A DNA stretch of 63,996 nt, the filler included, from Candidatus Woesearchaeota archaeon (GTDB taxonomy: Archaea > Nanobdellota > Nanobdellia > Woesearchaeales > BM511): the NCBI GenBank assembly GCA_023266675.1. It is 4 parts of 4 records of this genome, joined end to end, with 100 filler letters (N's around TTAATTAATTAA, not from the genome) between each part and the next. Parts side by side here need not be neighbours in the genome. Positions count along the whole stretch, not along the records: positions 16,569 to 32,990 come from JAHFPP010000029.1; 3 more parts are not named here. The stretch is one strand, 5' to 3'. The position numbers were made by a program, and so were the translations under genes. Positions 18,865 through 27,475 of this stretch are shown piece after piece; within the stretch, counting starts at the first letter, position 1; every line of letters begins with the position of its first letter. The notes below the pieces were generated by a model. That model had not been told where the DNA came from and ran no database searches. It saw only the letters and a program-made list of their open reading frames with translations.

Positions 18865-20028
18865 TTAATTCACAAGTTTTATGTAAAATTTCCTGTACCT
18901 TTCGGCAATTTTATCAGAGGAGAAAAATTTCGCCCTTTCAATTGCATTGGTTCTTATGCTTTTTCTTAGGTCAGGGTTGTCAACAAGCTTTTGGAGAAGA
19001 TTTTTCAAATCATTTACATTTGTTCCTTCATACAAAAATCCGTCTTTTCCGCTTGTTATCACTTCATCATTTCCGCATCCATCTGTTGCCACCATCACAC
19101 ATCCTGCAGACATTGCTTCCATAGTGATAGTTGCCATGCTTTCCTGTATGCTTGGATTAACACAGATATCCATCTTTGAGAAATAGGATGGTATTTCTTT
19201 ATGATTTATCATTCCTAAAAATTTAATTTTATCAACACATTTCAATTTCTTGGATAAGTTTACTAAATTATCCATTTCCGGTCCATCGCCAAGTATCCAG
19301 AGTTCAGAATTGATATTTTTAATCTTTGAAAATGCCATAATTAAATCCTGAACACGTTTTTCATGAACAAGCCGTCTTGCAGTTCCTATGATTATTTTGT
19401 CTGATTCTTTTCGTTTAAGTGAAAACATTTTTAAGTCTGTTGAGTTTGGAATTACATCAATACGGTTCACATCTAACCCGTATATATTTGCCCTAACCTT
19501 CATGTAATTGCTAGGGGTTACAACGCAATCGCTTTTTGTATTAACATAATTTAGGAATTTTCTTGTTAACATATTATTAGAAAGATGAAATTCTGCTCCC
19601 CACGCAGTTGTTAATATCGGTTTTTTTATTTTAGATTTTAGAAGACAGGCAAAAAACCCCGAAGGCAAAAACCAATGAGCATGGATTACATCGTAATTTT
19701 TTGATATTCTTATAAGATATTTCATTGTATTAATTGAATATCCAAGTAGCTCCAGTTTAGGTATTATTCCTGCTTTTACTGATGGAATAAGCCCTCTTTT
19801 TTTGTGAAGCGCCGGCGAAAGAAATTTTGTATATGGATATTCATATATAATTGCTCCATCTTTCTTATATTCCTTATATTCTTTTGAGGTAGAAAATATC
19901 ATTACCCCTACCTCAACGTCTTTTTTGACAAGACCCTTTACGATATTTTGTATGAATGGGCCAAGATTTGATCCCTTAATAGGGTAGGATGAAGTGAGCA
20001 TTAAAACTCTTAATTTTGCTTTTTTCAA
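18865..20028 (-). CDS. Glycosyltransferase family 4
   Basis: DVIHAHW, PSIQESMATITMEAMSAG (Ex7E) motifs. Confidence 0.92.
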   Translation of the reverse strand: MKKAKLRVLMLTSSYPIKGSNLGPFIQNIVKGLVKKDVEVGVMIFSTSKEYKEYKKDGAIIYEYPYTKFLSPALHKKRGLIPSVKAGIIPKLELLGYSINTMKYLIRISKNYDVIHAHWFLPSGFFACLLKSKIKKPILTTAWGAEFHLSNNMLTRKFLNYVNTKSDCVVTPSNYMKVRANIYGLDVNRIDVIPNSTDLKMFSLKRKESDKIIIGTARRLVHEKRVQDLIMAFSKIKNINSELWILGDGPEMDNLVNLSKKLKCVDKIKFLGMINHKEIPSYFSKMDICVNPSIQESMATITMEAMSAGCVMVATDGCGNDEVITSGKDGFLYEGTNVNDLKNLLQKLVDNPDLRKSIRTNAIERAKFFSSDKIAERYRKFYIKLVN

Positions 20029-20110
20029 ATTATCACCGTATAAGTTATATGATATTATAAAGAGAATAAAAAGCAGAGATATTTATAAAGATAATGAAAA
20101 TTATCGTTTG

Positions 20111-20644
20111 ATGAAGGAAGAATTGATAAAAAATAAGATAAGACTGATAAAAGATTTTCCAAAAGAAGGTGTCATATATAAGGACATTACACTACTTCTA
20201 AAGGATCCAATAACTTTCAGGATGATAATGAACAAGTTTTATGAAAGATACAAGAATATTGATATTGATATGATAGTAGGAATTGATTCGCGAGGTTTTA
20301 TAATCGGAGGCGCCCTGGCCAATATGATGGGTAAAGGATTTGTACCAGCAAGAAAAAAAGGAAAACTCCCTCATGAAAAAATTAGTGTTCATTATAATTA
20401 TGAATATAGTGATGCAACACTTGAAATTCATAAAGATGGAATTAATGCAGGGGAAAAAATACTTATTATTGATGATCAGTTGGCAACTGGCGGCACATGC
20501 CTTGCTGCAATAAATCTTGTGAAAAAACTTGGAGGAGATATTGTTGAATGCGCATTTATTATCAATGTAGAAAGTCTTGGAGGCAAGAAAAGAATAAATA
20601 AAGAAGGACATGATGTATATTCAATAGTAAATCTTGATAAATAA
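20111..20644 (+). CDS. apt: Adenine phosphoribosyltransferase (copy 1)
   Basis: DFPKEGVIYKDIT, GIDSRGF, RKKGKLP, IIDDQLATGGT. Confidence 0.9.
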   Translation: MKEELIKNKIRLIKDFPKEGVIYKDITLLLKDPITFRMIMNKFYERYKNIDIDMIVGIDSRGFIIGGALANMMGKGFVPARKKGKLPHEKISVHYNYEYSDATLEIHKDGINAGEKILIIDDQLATGGTCLAAINLVKKLGGDIVECAFIINVESLGGKKRINKEGHDVYSIVNLDK

Positions 20645-20699
20645 AGTTTAATGATACAATAAAAATAGTTTATAATGGTATTAAAAAATGAAATTTATG

Positions 20700-21632
20700 T
20701 TAATGATTTCTAAAATACTCAATTGTTTTATTTAATCCTTCTTCAAGTTTTATCTTTGGCTCCCATCCCAATTCTGTTTTTGCTAGAGTTATATCAGGTT
20801 TTCTTTGTTTTGGATCATCCTGAGGAAGCGGCTTGTATATTATCTTTGATTTTGTTTTTGTAAGTTTTATCACTTTTTCCGCTAATTCTTTTACTGTAAA
20901 TTCATCTGGATTTCCTAGGTTTACAGGACCGATAAAATTATCTTTTTCCATCATTTTTATTATTCCATCAACTAAATCAAGCACATAGCAAAAACTTCTT
21001 GTCTGAGAACCATCACCATAGATAGTTAAGTCTTTACCTTCAAGAGCCTGAACTATAAAATTTGAAACAACACGTCCATCATCTTTGGCCATATTCTCCC
21101 CGTATGTATTGAATATTCTTATAATTTTTATGTCGACTTTGTGTTGGCGATGATAATCAAAACAAAGCGTTTCAGCTACACGTTTTCCCTCATCATAACA
21201 CGCTCTTGGACCAATACAGCTGACACTTCCCCTGTAAGTTTCTTTTTGAGGATGTTCAATAGGATCCCCATACACCTCTGAAGTTGATGCCTGAAGAAAT
21301 CTTGCTTTATGCTTTTTTGCAATTCCAAGCATATTTATAACGCCAACAGTATTTGCTTTTATTGTTCTTATGGCATTATATTGATAATGCACTGGTGACG
21401 CCGGACATGCAAGGTTATATATTTCGTCAATATGCTTGTCTACTGGAAAAGATTTGATAATATCATGCTCAAGAAATTCAAAGTTCTTGTTTTTTAACAA
21501 TCCCAATATGTTGTTTTTTGAACCTGTAAATAAATTGTCAACGCAAATTACATAGTTGTCTTTTTCGAGAAGTTTTTTGCAAAGATGCGATCCTATAAAT
21601 CCTGCGCCTCCAGTTACAAGTATTGTCTTCAT
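20700..21632 (-). CDS. UDP-glucuronate decarboxylase (UDP-xylose synthase) family SDR
   Basis: [34 protein letters not shown]. Confidence 0.92.
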   Translation of the reverse strand: MKTILVTGGAGFIGSHLCKKLLEKDNYVICVDNLFTGSKNNILGLLKNKNFEFLEHDIIKSFPVDKHIDEIYNLACPASPVHYQYNAIRTIKANTVGVINMLGIAKKHKARFLQASTSEVYGDPIEHPQKETYRGSVSCIGPRACYDEGKRVAETLCFDYHRQHKVDIKIIRIFNTYGENMAKDDGRVVSNFIVQALEGKDLTIYGDGSQTRSFCYVLDLVDGIIKMMEKDNFIGPVNLGNPDEFTVKELAEKVIKLTKTKSKIIYKPLPQDDPKQRKPDITLAKTELGWEPKIKLEEGLNKTIEYFRNH

Positions 21633-21634
21633 TT

Positions 21635-22936
21635 TTATTTTCGTCCAACGCTTAAATATTTGAATCCTTTGTCCCTTATTGTTTTTGGATGATATATGTT
21701 TCGACCATCAAATATATTTTTCTGTTTCATCAGTTTTTTTAATTTTTCAAAATCTGGGCTTCTGAATTCATCCCATTCTGTTAATATTACTAAACAGTCA
21801 CAGTCCTTGACTGGGTCATACATATTGTCTGAATATTTCAGGCTTGGATAAATTTTTTTGACATTTTCAATTGCTTCAGGATCAAATGAGGAGATTATCG
21901 CTTTTTCTTTTATTAATTGCCCTATTAAAACCATTGATGGTGCTTCCCGTATATCATCTGTCTTTGGCTTGAATGCAAGTCCCCATAAAGCTATCTTTTT
22001 GCCGCTTAATTCTCCAACTAATGAATGGATTTTGTCTATCATTGATTCTTTTTGATGTTGATTTACATTTTCAACCGCATCTATTAATTCTGAATTGAGA
22101 TTATATTCTTTTAATGTTGATGCGAGGGACTGAACGTCTTTTGGAAAGCAGCTTCCACCATAGCCTACACCTGCCTGCAGGAATCTTGGACCAATTCTGT
22201 CATCAAGACCTATTCCTTTTGCAACTTCTTTTATGTCTGCTCCAACTTTTTCGCATAAAGGCGCCAACTGATTCATAAAAGATATTCTGCATGCAAGCAT
22301 TGCGTTTGATGCATATTTTATTATTTCAGCGCTTTTAATGTCAGTGAATATTATCGGTTTATGAGTTCTTGCAAGGCTGCTGTAAAGCTCATTCATAACT
22401 TTTTTTGCATTTTCTGAATTTACTCCAACAACAATTCTGTCAGGAACCATAAAATCCTGTATTGCGCTTCCCTCTTTTAGGAACTCAGGATTTGAAACAA
22501 CGTCAAATTCATAATCTTTTGTCATGCTTTTTTTTATTTCATTTCGAACTTTTTCAGCTGTACCTACCGGAACTGTTGATTTGTCGACAATTATTTTATA
22601 TCTGTTGATGTTTTTTCCAATTGTTTTTGCAACAGAAAGAACATATGATAAGTCTGTTGAGCCGTCATCTTTTGGAGGCGTTCCAACAGCTATGAATATC
22701 AAATCAGAATCCTGAATTGGTTTTTTTGAATCTGTTGTAAAAAACAGTCTTTTTTCGTCAACATTTCTTTTTATCATCTCAGAAAGTCCAGGTTCATATA
22801 TGGGGATAATTCCTTTATTTAAGTTAGAAACTCTTTTCTCATCTATATCAACAAGAACGACATCGTTACCAAGTTCTGAAAAACATGTACCTGTAACTAG
22901 GCCGACATATCCTGCGCCAAAAATTGTTATTTTCAT
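21635..22936 (-). CDS. ugd: UDP-glucose 6-dehydrogenase
   Basis: [26 protein letters not shown]. Confidence 0.95.
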   Translation of the reverse strand: MKITIFGAGYVGLVTGTCFSELGNDVVLVDIDEKRVSNLNKGIIPIYEPGLSEMIKRNVDEKRLFFTTDSKKPIQDSDLIFIAVGTPPKDDGSTDLSYVLSVAKTIGKNINRYKIIVDKSTVPVGTAEKVRNEIKKSMTKDYEFDVVSNPEFLKEGSAIQDFMVPDRIVVGVNSENAKKVMNELYSSLARTHKPIIFTDIKSAEIIKYASNAMLACRISFMNQLAPLCEKVGADIKEVAKGIGLDDRIGPRFLQAGVGYGGSCFPKDVQSLASTLKEYNLNSELIDAVENVNQHQKESMIDKIHSLVGELSGKKIALWGLAFKPKTDDIREAPSMVLIGQLIKEKAIISSFDPEAIENVKKIYPSLKYSDNMYDPVKDCDCLVILTEWDEFRSPDFEKLKKLMKQKNIFDGRNIYHPKTIRDKGFKYLSVGRK

Positions 22937-22982
22937 ATTTTACCACTCCTTATATCATTAAAAAAATAATTAATTTAAAAAG

Positions 22983-23339
22983 TTATTTATTTATCCTTCC
23001 ATAATCATCTTCAAATCTTTCTATGTCATCTTCCTCAAGATATTCTCCTGACTGAACCTCAATTAATATTAATGGAATTTTTCCAGGATTTTCAAGCCTG
23101 TGCATAGTATTTTTTGGGATATAAGTTGACTCATTTACATGAACTATCATTTCCTGTGTTCCATTTATAACTTTTGCAGTTCCTGAAACCACAACCCAAT
23201 GCTCTGACCTATGCATATGTTTTTGAAGCGATAATTTACTTCCTGGATTAACCACTACTCTTTTTATTTTGTATTGAGGCCCTTCTTCAAGTATTGTATA
23301 CGCACCCCATGGCCGCTGTGATGTTTTTTCGCTTGTCAT
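22983..23339 (-). CDS. Mannose-6-phosphate isomerase type II cupin domain protein
   Basis: RPWG, LSLQKHMHRSEHW, IEVQSGEYLEEDDI. Confidence 0.9.
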   Translation of the reverse strand: MTSEKTSQRPWGAYTILEEGPQYKIKRVVVNPGSKLSLQKHMHRSEHWVVVSGTAKVINGTQEMIVHVNESTYIPKNTMHRLENPGKIPLILIEVQSGEYLEEDDIERFEDDYGRINK

Positions 23340-24178
23340 TTTGATAACCCCTTCCATTGTCTTATTGCTTTTTCATATCTTTCTGGTGTTCCTGTATCAA
23401 ACCATTGTCCTCCAAAAACGTACCCCAATAACTCTCCGTTATTTGCGTACTTTGGAAAAACATCCTTTTCATACATGGAAAATCCTTCAGGAATCTGTTC
23501 TAAAACACTTGGTTCCCAGATTGAAAGTCCTGAATTTATCAAGTTGCTTGGTGCATCTTCTTTTTTTGGTTTTTCTACAAATCTTATTATTTTGTTTCCT
23601 TTCATTGCAGCAACGCCGTAAAATGACGGATTTTCAACTGTTGTTAATGCAACAGTTATTTTTGCTTTGTTTTCCTTGTGAAAGTTGTACATGTCTTCAA
23701 TGTCAATATCTTTTAGTTCATCCCCATTGGTTACCACAAATGGTCCGTTTTCCAGATGTTTTTTTGCAAGTTTTATTGCACCTGCTGAGCCAAGAGGTTT
23801 TTCTTCAATAACATAGACTATTTCAACACCCCACTTTGAGCCGTCTTTAAAATATTCTTTTATCTTGTCTGCTTTGTATCCAAGAGAAAATACAAACTTT
23901 TTTATGCCGTATTTTTTGAAAAGCTCAAATAAATGCTCAGGAACGGTTTTACCCTGAACTGGCAAAAGAGCTTTTGGCATCTCGTATGTTATTGGACGAA
24001 ATCTCGTTCCTTCCCCGCCAAGCAAGAAAACTGCTATTTTTGGCCTGTTATGACCAAGTGTTCTTGAAACTAAAAGTTCTATGGCGTGACTTCTGTTCTT
24101 TATCTTTGTGCCGTCAACCATATAATCAATGTCTTTTATTATATTCTCGTCAAGAGTTATTGATATTTTTTCCTTCAT
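23336..24178 (-). CDS. Sugar-phosphate nucleotidyltransferase with N-terminal ribbon-helix-helix domain
   Basis: KEKISITLD...NRSHAIELL (RHH) then LLGGEGTRFRPITYEMPK, WFDTGT. Confidence 0.88.
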   Translation of the reverse strand: MKEKISITLDENIIKDIDYMVDGTKIKNRSHAIELLVSRTLGHNRPKIAVFLLGGEGTRFRPITYEMPKALLPVQGKTVPEHLFELFKKYGIKKFVFSLGYKADKIKEYFKDGSKWGVEIVYVIEEKPLGSAGAIKLAKKHLENGPFVVTNGDELKDIDIEDMYNFHKENKAKITVALTTVENPSFYGVAAMKGNKIIRFVEKPKKEDAPSNLINSGLSIWEPSVLEQIPEGFSMYEKDVFPKYANNGELLGYVFGGQWFDTGTPERYEKAIRQWKGLSK

Positions 24179-24272
24179 AAAATCACCTGATTTTCTAAGC
24201 ACAAAATTTCATTTTGTTGCTTCATAAAAACACCTGTTTTTCTGAACACAAAACTTTGTTTTGTTGCTTCAT
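24179..24272 (-). repeat. Two tandem 47-bp palindrome-containing repeats, each a 16-codon micro-ORF
   Basis: ATGAAGCAACAAAA[C/T]nAA[G/A]TTTTGTG..AGAAAA.CAGGTG.TTTT, twice, ATGs at 24272 and 24225. Confidence 0.9.
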
Positions 24273-24373
24273 AACATCCACCTAAATATAAAGTAGGATA
24301 AAGTAGTATAAATACTTTACGTTGTTTTGAGGCTATTGAAAACACTTATAAATATGCTAAAAATCATATATGT

Positions 24374-25132
24374 ATGGTTAAAATAGGAATTATCGGCGGC
24401 TCAGGTCTTGACGACCCTAAAATATTAATGGACTCAAAAGATGTTTTTGCAGACACTCCATACGGCAAGCCTTCATCTCCTTTAAAAATTGGAAAAATCG
24501 GAAAATCCGACGTTGTTATTATAGCAAGGCACGGACGAGATCATTCGATTACGCCAACTGGTGTTAATTACAAAGCAAATATTCATGCATTAAAAGAAAG
24601 AGGATGCACTCACATCATTGCAACAACCGCGTGCGGCAGCCTTCGTGAAGAAATTAAGCGAGGGGATTTCGTTGTTCTTGACCAATTTATTGATTTCACA
24701 AGACTTAGAAAACTTAGTTTTTATGATGAATTTCCTGGAGGCGCAAAGAATGCAAAACACACGCCAATGCCTGATCCTTTTGATGATAATTTAAGAAAAA
24801 CAATTATTAAATCATGCAAAACACTAAAAATTCCCCATCATGAAAAAGGAACTGTGATAACAATTGAAGGGAACAGATTTTCAACAAGAGCAGAATCACA
24901 CATGTTTCGGTCATGGGGTGCTGACGTAATCAACATGAGCATTGCGACAGAATGCATACTTGCAAACGAAGCAGGAATTCCTTATGCTGCTGTTGCTATG
25001 TCAACTGATTATGATAGTTGGATGAAAAATGAAACCTCCGTAACATGGGAAGAAATTCTTGACACATTCCATAAAAATGTTGGAAAAATGATAAAGCTTT
25101 TGACATACACTATCCCGAAGGTTAAACCATGA
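24374..25132 (+). CDS. mtnP: S-methyl-5'-thioadenosine phosphorylase
   Basis: IGIIGGSG, TPYGKPS, ARHG, RFSTRAES, MSTDYD. Confidence 0.93.
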   Translation: MVKIGIIGGSGLDDPKILMDSKDVFADTPYGKPSSPLKIGKIGKSDVVIIARHGRDHSITPTGVNYKANIHALKERGCTHIIATTACGSLREEIKRGDFVVLDQFIDFTRLRKLSFYDEFPGGAKNAKHTPMPDPFDDNLRKTIIKSCKTLKIPHHEKGTVITIEGNRFSTRAESHMFRSWGADVINMSIATECILANEAGIPYAAVAMSTDYDSWMKNETSVTWEEILDTFHKNVGKMIKLLTYTIPKVKP

Positions 25133-25662
25133 GTGAAGTAATAAAACAAAAAATACGGACTATTCCAAACTTTCCAAAGAAAGGAATAATGTTTAGGGAT
25201 ATCACTTCGCTTTTGCAAGACCCTGTTGGACTAAAAATTTGTATTGACGATTTTTACAAAAAATATAAGAATATGACAATTGATGTTGTTGTCGGAATTG
25301 ATTCTAGAGGGTTTATCCTTGGCGGAGCATTGGCATATCTTCTTGGAAAAGGATTTGTACCGGTTCGAAAAAAAGGAAAATTACCAGGAAAAACAATAAG
25401 CGAAAGCTATGATTTGGAATATGGCTCTGCAACGCTTGAAATTCACACTGACTCAATAAAAAAAGGCGAAAGAGTTTTGATTATTGACGACCTTTTGGCA
25501 ACTGGTGGCACCGCATTATGCACAGCAAGTCTTGTAAGAAAGATTGGTGGAAATATTGTTGAACTTGCATTCATAGTTGACTTACCTGAACTTAAAGGCG
25601 GCGAAAAGCTAAAAGAAGCAGGCTACAAATATTACGCGCAGACAGAGTTTGAAGGAGAATGA
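25129..25662 (+). CDS. apt: Adenine phosphoribosyltransferase (copy 2)
   Basis: NFPKKGIMFRDIT, IDDLLATGGT. Confidence 0.95.
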   Translation: MSEVIKQKIRTIPNFPKKGIMFRDITSLLQDPVGLKICIDDFYKKYKNMTIDVVVGIDSRGFILGGALAYLLGKGFVPVRKKGKLPGKTISESYDLEYGSATLEIHTDSIKKGERVLIIDDLLATGGTALCTASLVRKIGGNIVELAFIVDLPELKGGEKLKEAGYKYYAQTEFEGE

Positions 25663-25916
25663 TTAGTTCACTTGAGTTAACAGGTTATCTGGCAGGAATC
25701 ATAATGGTTGTTGCTTTAATGCCGCAGATAATAAAATCCTGGAAAACAAAGTCAACTAAGGATATTTCTATTGGGTGGAATTCTATTTATATTTTTGGTC
25801 TTATATTATGGATTGTTTATGGAATTGGTATTAAGAGTTATCCTCTGACTTTTACAGTCATTGTAGAAACAATTTTAGCGATTAGTTTATTAATATTAAA
25901 ATTTAGGTATGGATAA
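25659..25916 (+). CDS. SemiSWEET / PQ-loop transporter
   Basis: Three TMs; PQIIKSWKTKSTKDIS. Confidence 0.9.
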   Translation: MISSLELTGYLAGIIMVVALMPQIIKSWKTKSTKDISIGWNSIYIFGLILWIVYGIGIKSYPLTFTVIVETILAISLLILKFRYG

Positions 25917-25931
25917 TTGAGAGAGTATAAC

Positions 25932-26577
25932 ATGAAAAAAGCAATAATAACAGGTGCTTCAAACGGACTTGGAAAGGAGATTGGGCTTTTATTTTTGAAA
26001 AACAAGATTAAAGTTGTTAATCTATCAAGAACAAAATCTGATTTTAAGGATATAAAAATTGACTTAAGCAGCGATAAAGATATATCAAATACTGTTAATG
26101 TGATAAAAAAGCAACATGCTGATTTTGATATTTTAGTATTAAACGCAGGAATAATGCCGCTTGCAAAGACAGGAGAAATAAGTTTTGACATTGACAAAAC
26201 ATTTCAAATAAATATTTCTTCAATGATTAAATTAGTAAATAAATTATTTGATTTAATAAAGAAAAATCACAGTGATATTGTAATTATCGGTTCAACTGCA
26301 TCACTGAAGGGCTACGAAGAGCATTCAGTATATTGTGCAACAAAGCATGCTGTTGAAGGGTTTATCAAGTCCTTGCAGCTAGAATTTAAGAATGATGATG
26401 TCAGAGTCATTGGATTTCATCCAGGAGGATTCAAATCTTAGAGGGAAAGGGGTTGTTAAAGATGGTTATATGGATCCTAAGGAATTAGCAAGGTTAATCT
26501 TAACACTTATAGAGTTGCCAAGGAATATGGAAGTTTCAGAGATAGTAGTCAACAGAAACAAAGTCAAGTTAGGTTAA
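25932..26577 (+). pseudogene. Short-chain dehydrogenase/reductase, frameshifted near 26435
   Basis: TGASNGLG, NAG, YCATK; stops at PGGFKS while the expected C-terminus (MDPKELARLI...EIVV) continues in another frame. Confidence 0.75.
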
Positions 26578-26602
26578 GATTTTACCGTCGTACACCGTTA
26601 GA

Positions 26603-26610
26603 TTTATAAA
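26603..26610 (+). promoter_or_regulatory. Archaeal TATA box for 5S rRNA
   Basis: TTTATAAA about 23 nt upstream of the 5S 5' end. Confidence 0.6.
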
Positions 26611-26631
26611 TGGCGCCGGATTTCTATTGTT

Positions 26632-26749
26632 TAGGACGACCATAGTGGCGTGGTTCCACCGGTTCCCATATCGAACACCGAAGTTAAATGCGCTTACGTT
26701 ACACTGGTGTACTGTACTTTTGTACGGGAAACTTGTAAAGTCGTCTTAC
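26632..26749 (+). rRNA. rrf: 5S rRNA
   Basis: Terminal stem AGGACGAC/GTCGTCTT; GACCATAG, CCCATATCGAACACCGAAGTTAA, GTACT..GGGAA; followed by a T-rich tract. Confidence 0.92.
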
Positions 26750-26790
26750 TTTATTTTTCTAAAAAATTAATTAAATTGTGTTTTAATAAA

Positions 26791-27399
26791 TTAATCAAGG
26801 TCTATAGAACATGACTTCAATTCTTTTTTCAGCTGATTGATGTCTTTGAATAGTATTGTGTGTATTCCCATGATTTTTGCATGAATAAGATTTTTCTCCT
26901 TGTCATCAATGAAGATACAGCGTTCAGGTTTTGCGTTTATCATCTTTAAAACATGCCGGAATATTTTTTCTTCGTCATGATATTTTACCATGTGAAGAGA
27001 ATTTGAGAAGAATGAGTAATCAAAAAGATTCTGAAGTTTTTTATCATTTAATATTGTTTTTAGAAGCGCATCATAGTTGTCAGAGAGAAGAACAACTTTG
27101 TAGTTTCCTTTCAGCTTTTTTATCAGCTTTAGCACATCATTGTTTATCTTGTACCATGATATTTCTTTAACAAATTCTTTATATGAGATATCAGTGTTTA
27201 TGCATACAGATTTCCAGAATTTTCTGGTTGTGATGTTTCCAAGCAGGTATTCTTTCTCCTCTGATTTTAGCATTTTAAGAAATTTCTCTTTGCCGACTCC
27301 TGATTTTTTGCCAAAAACATCTGCAACTCGCGGAAACAGTGCGGAGGTTGTAACAACTCCTGCAAAATCAAAGATTAGGGTTTTATGCGGTTTTGGCAT
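26791..27399 (-). CDS. HAD-superfamily hydrolase
   Basis: IFDFAGV, LLSDN, IFIDDK motifs. Confidence 0.85.
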   Translation of the reverse strand: MPKPHKTLIFDFAGVVTTSALFPRVADVFGKKSGVGKEKFLKMLKSEEKEYLLGNITTRKFWKSVCINTDISYKEFVKEISWYKINNDVLKLIKKLKGNYKVVLLSDNYDALLKTILNDKKLQNLFDYSFFSNSLHMVKYHDEEKIFRHVLKMINAKPERCIFIDDKEKNLIHAKIMGIHTILFKDINQLKKELKSCSIDLD

Positions 27400-27475
27400 A
27401 TTAGCTAAAGATAGTGAGTTAAATATAAATTTATATTAAAATAGAAGTTTTGATTAAGAAAGTAAGAAAAATATT

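Noticed and set aside
24179..24272. 47-bp palindromic repeats as a mini-CRISPR
   Set aside because: Only two units, similar along their whole length with no spacers
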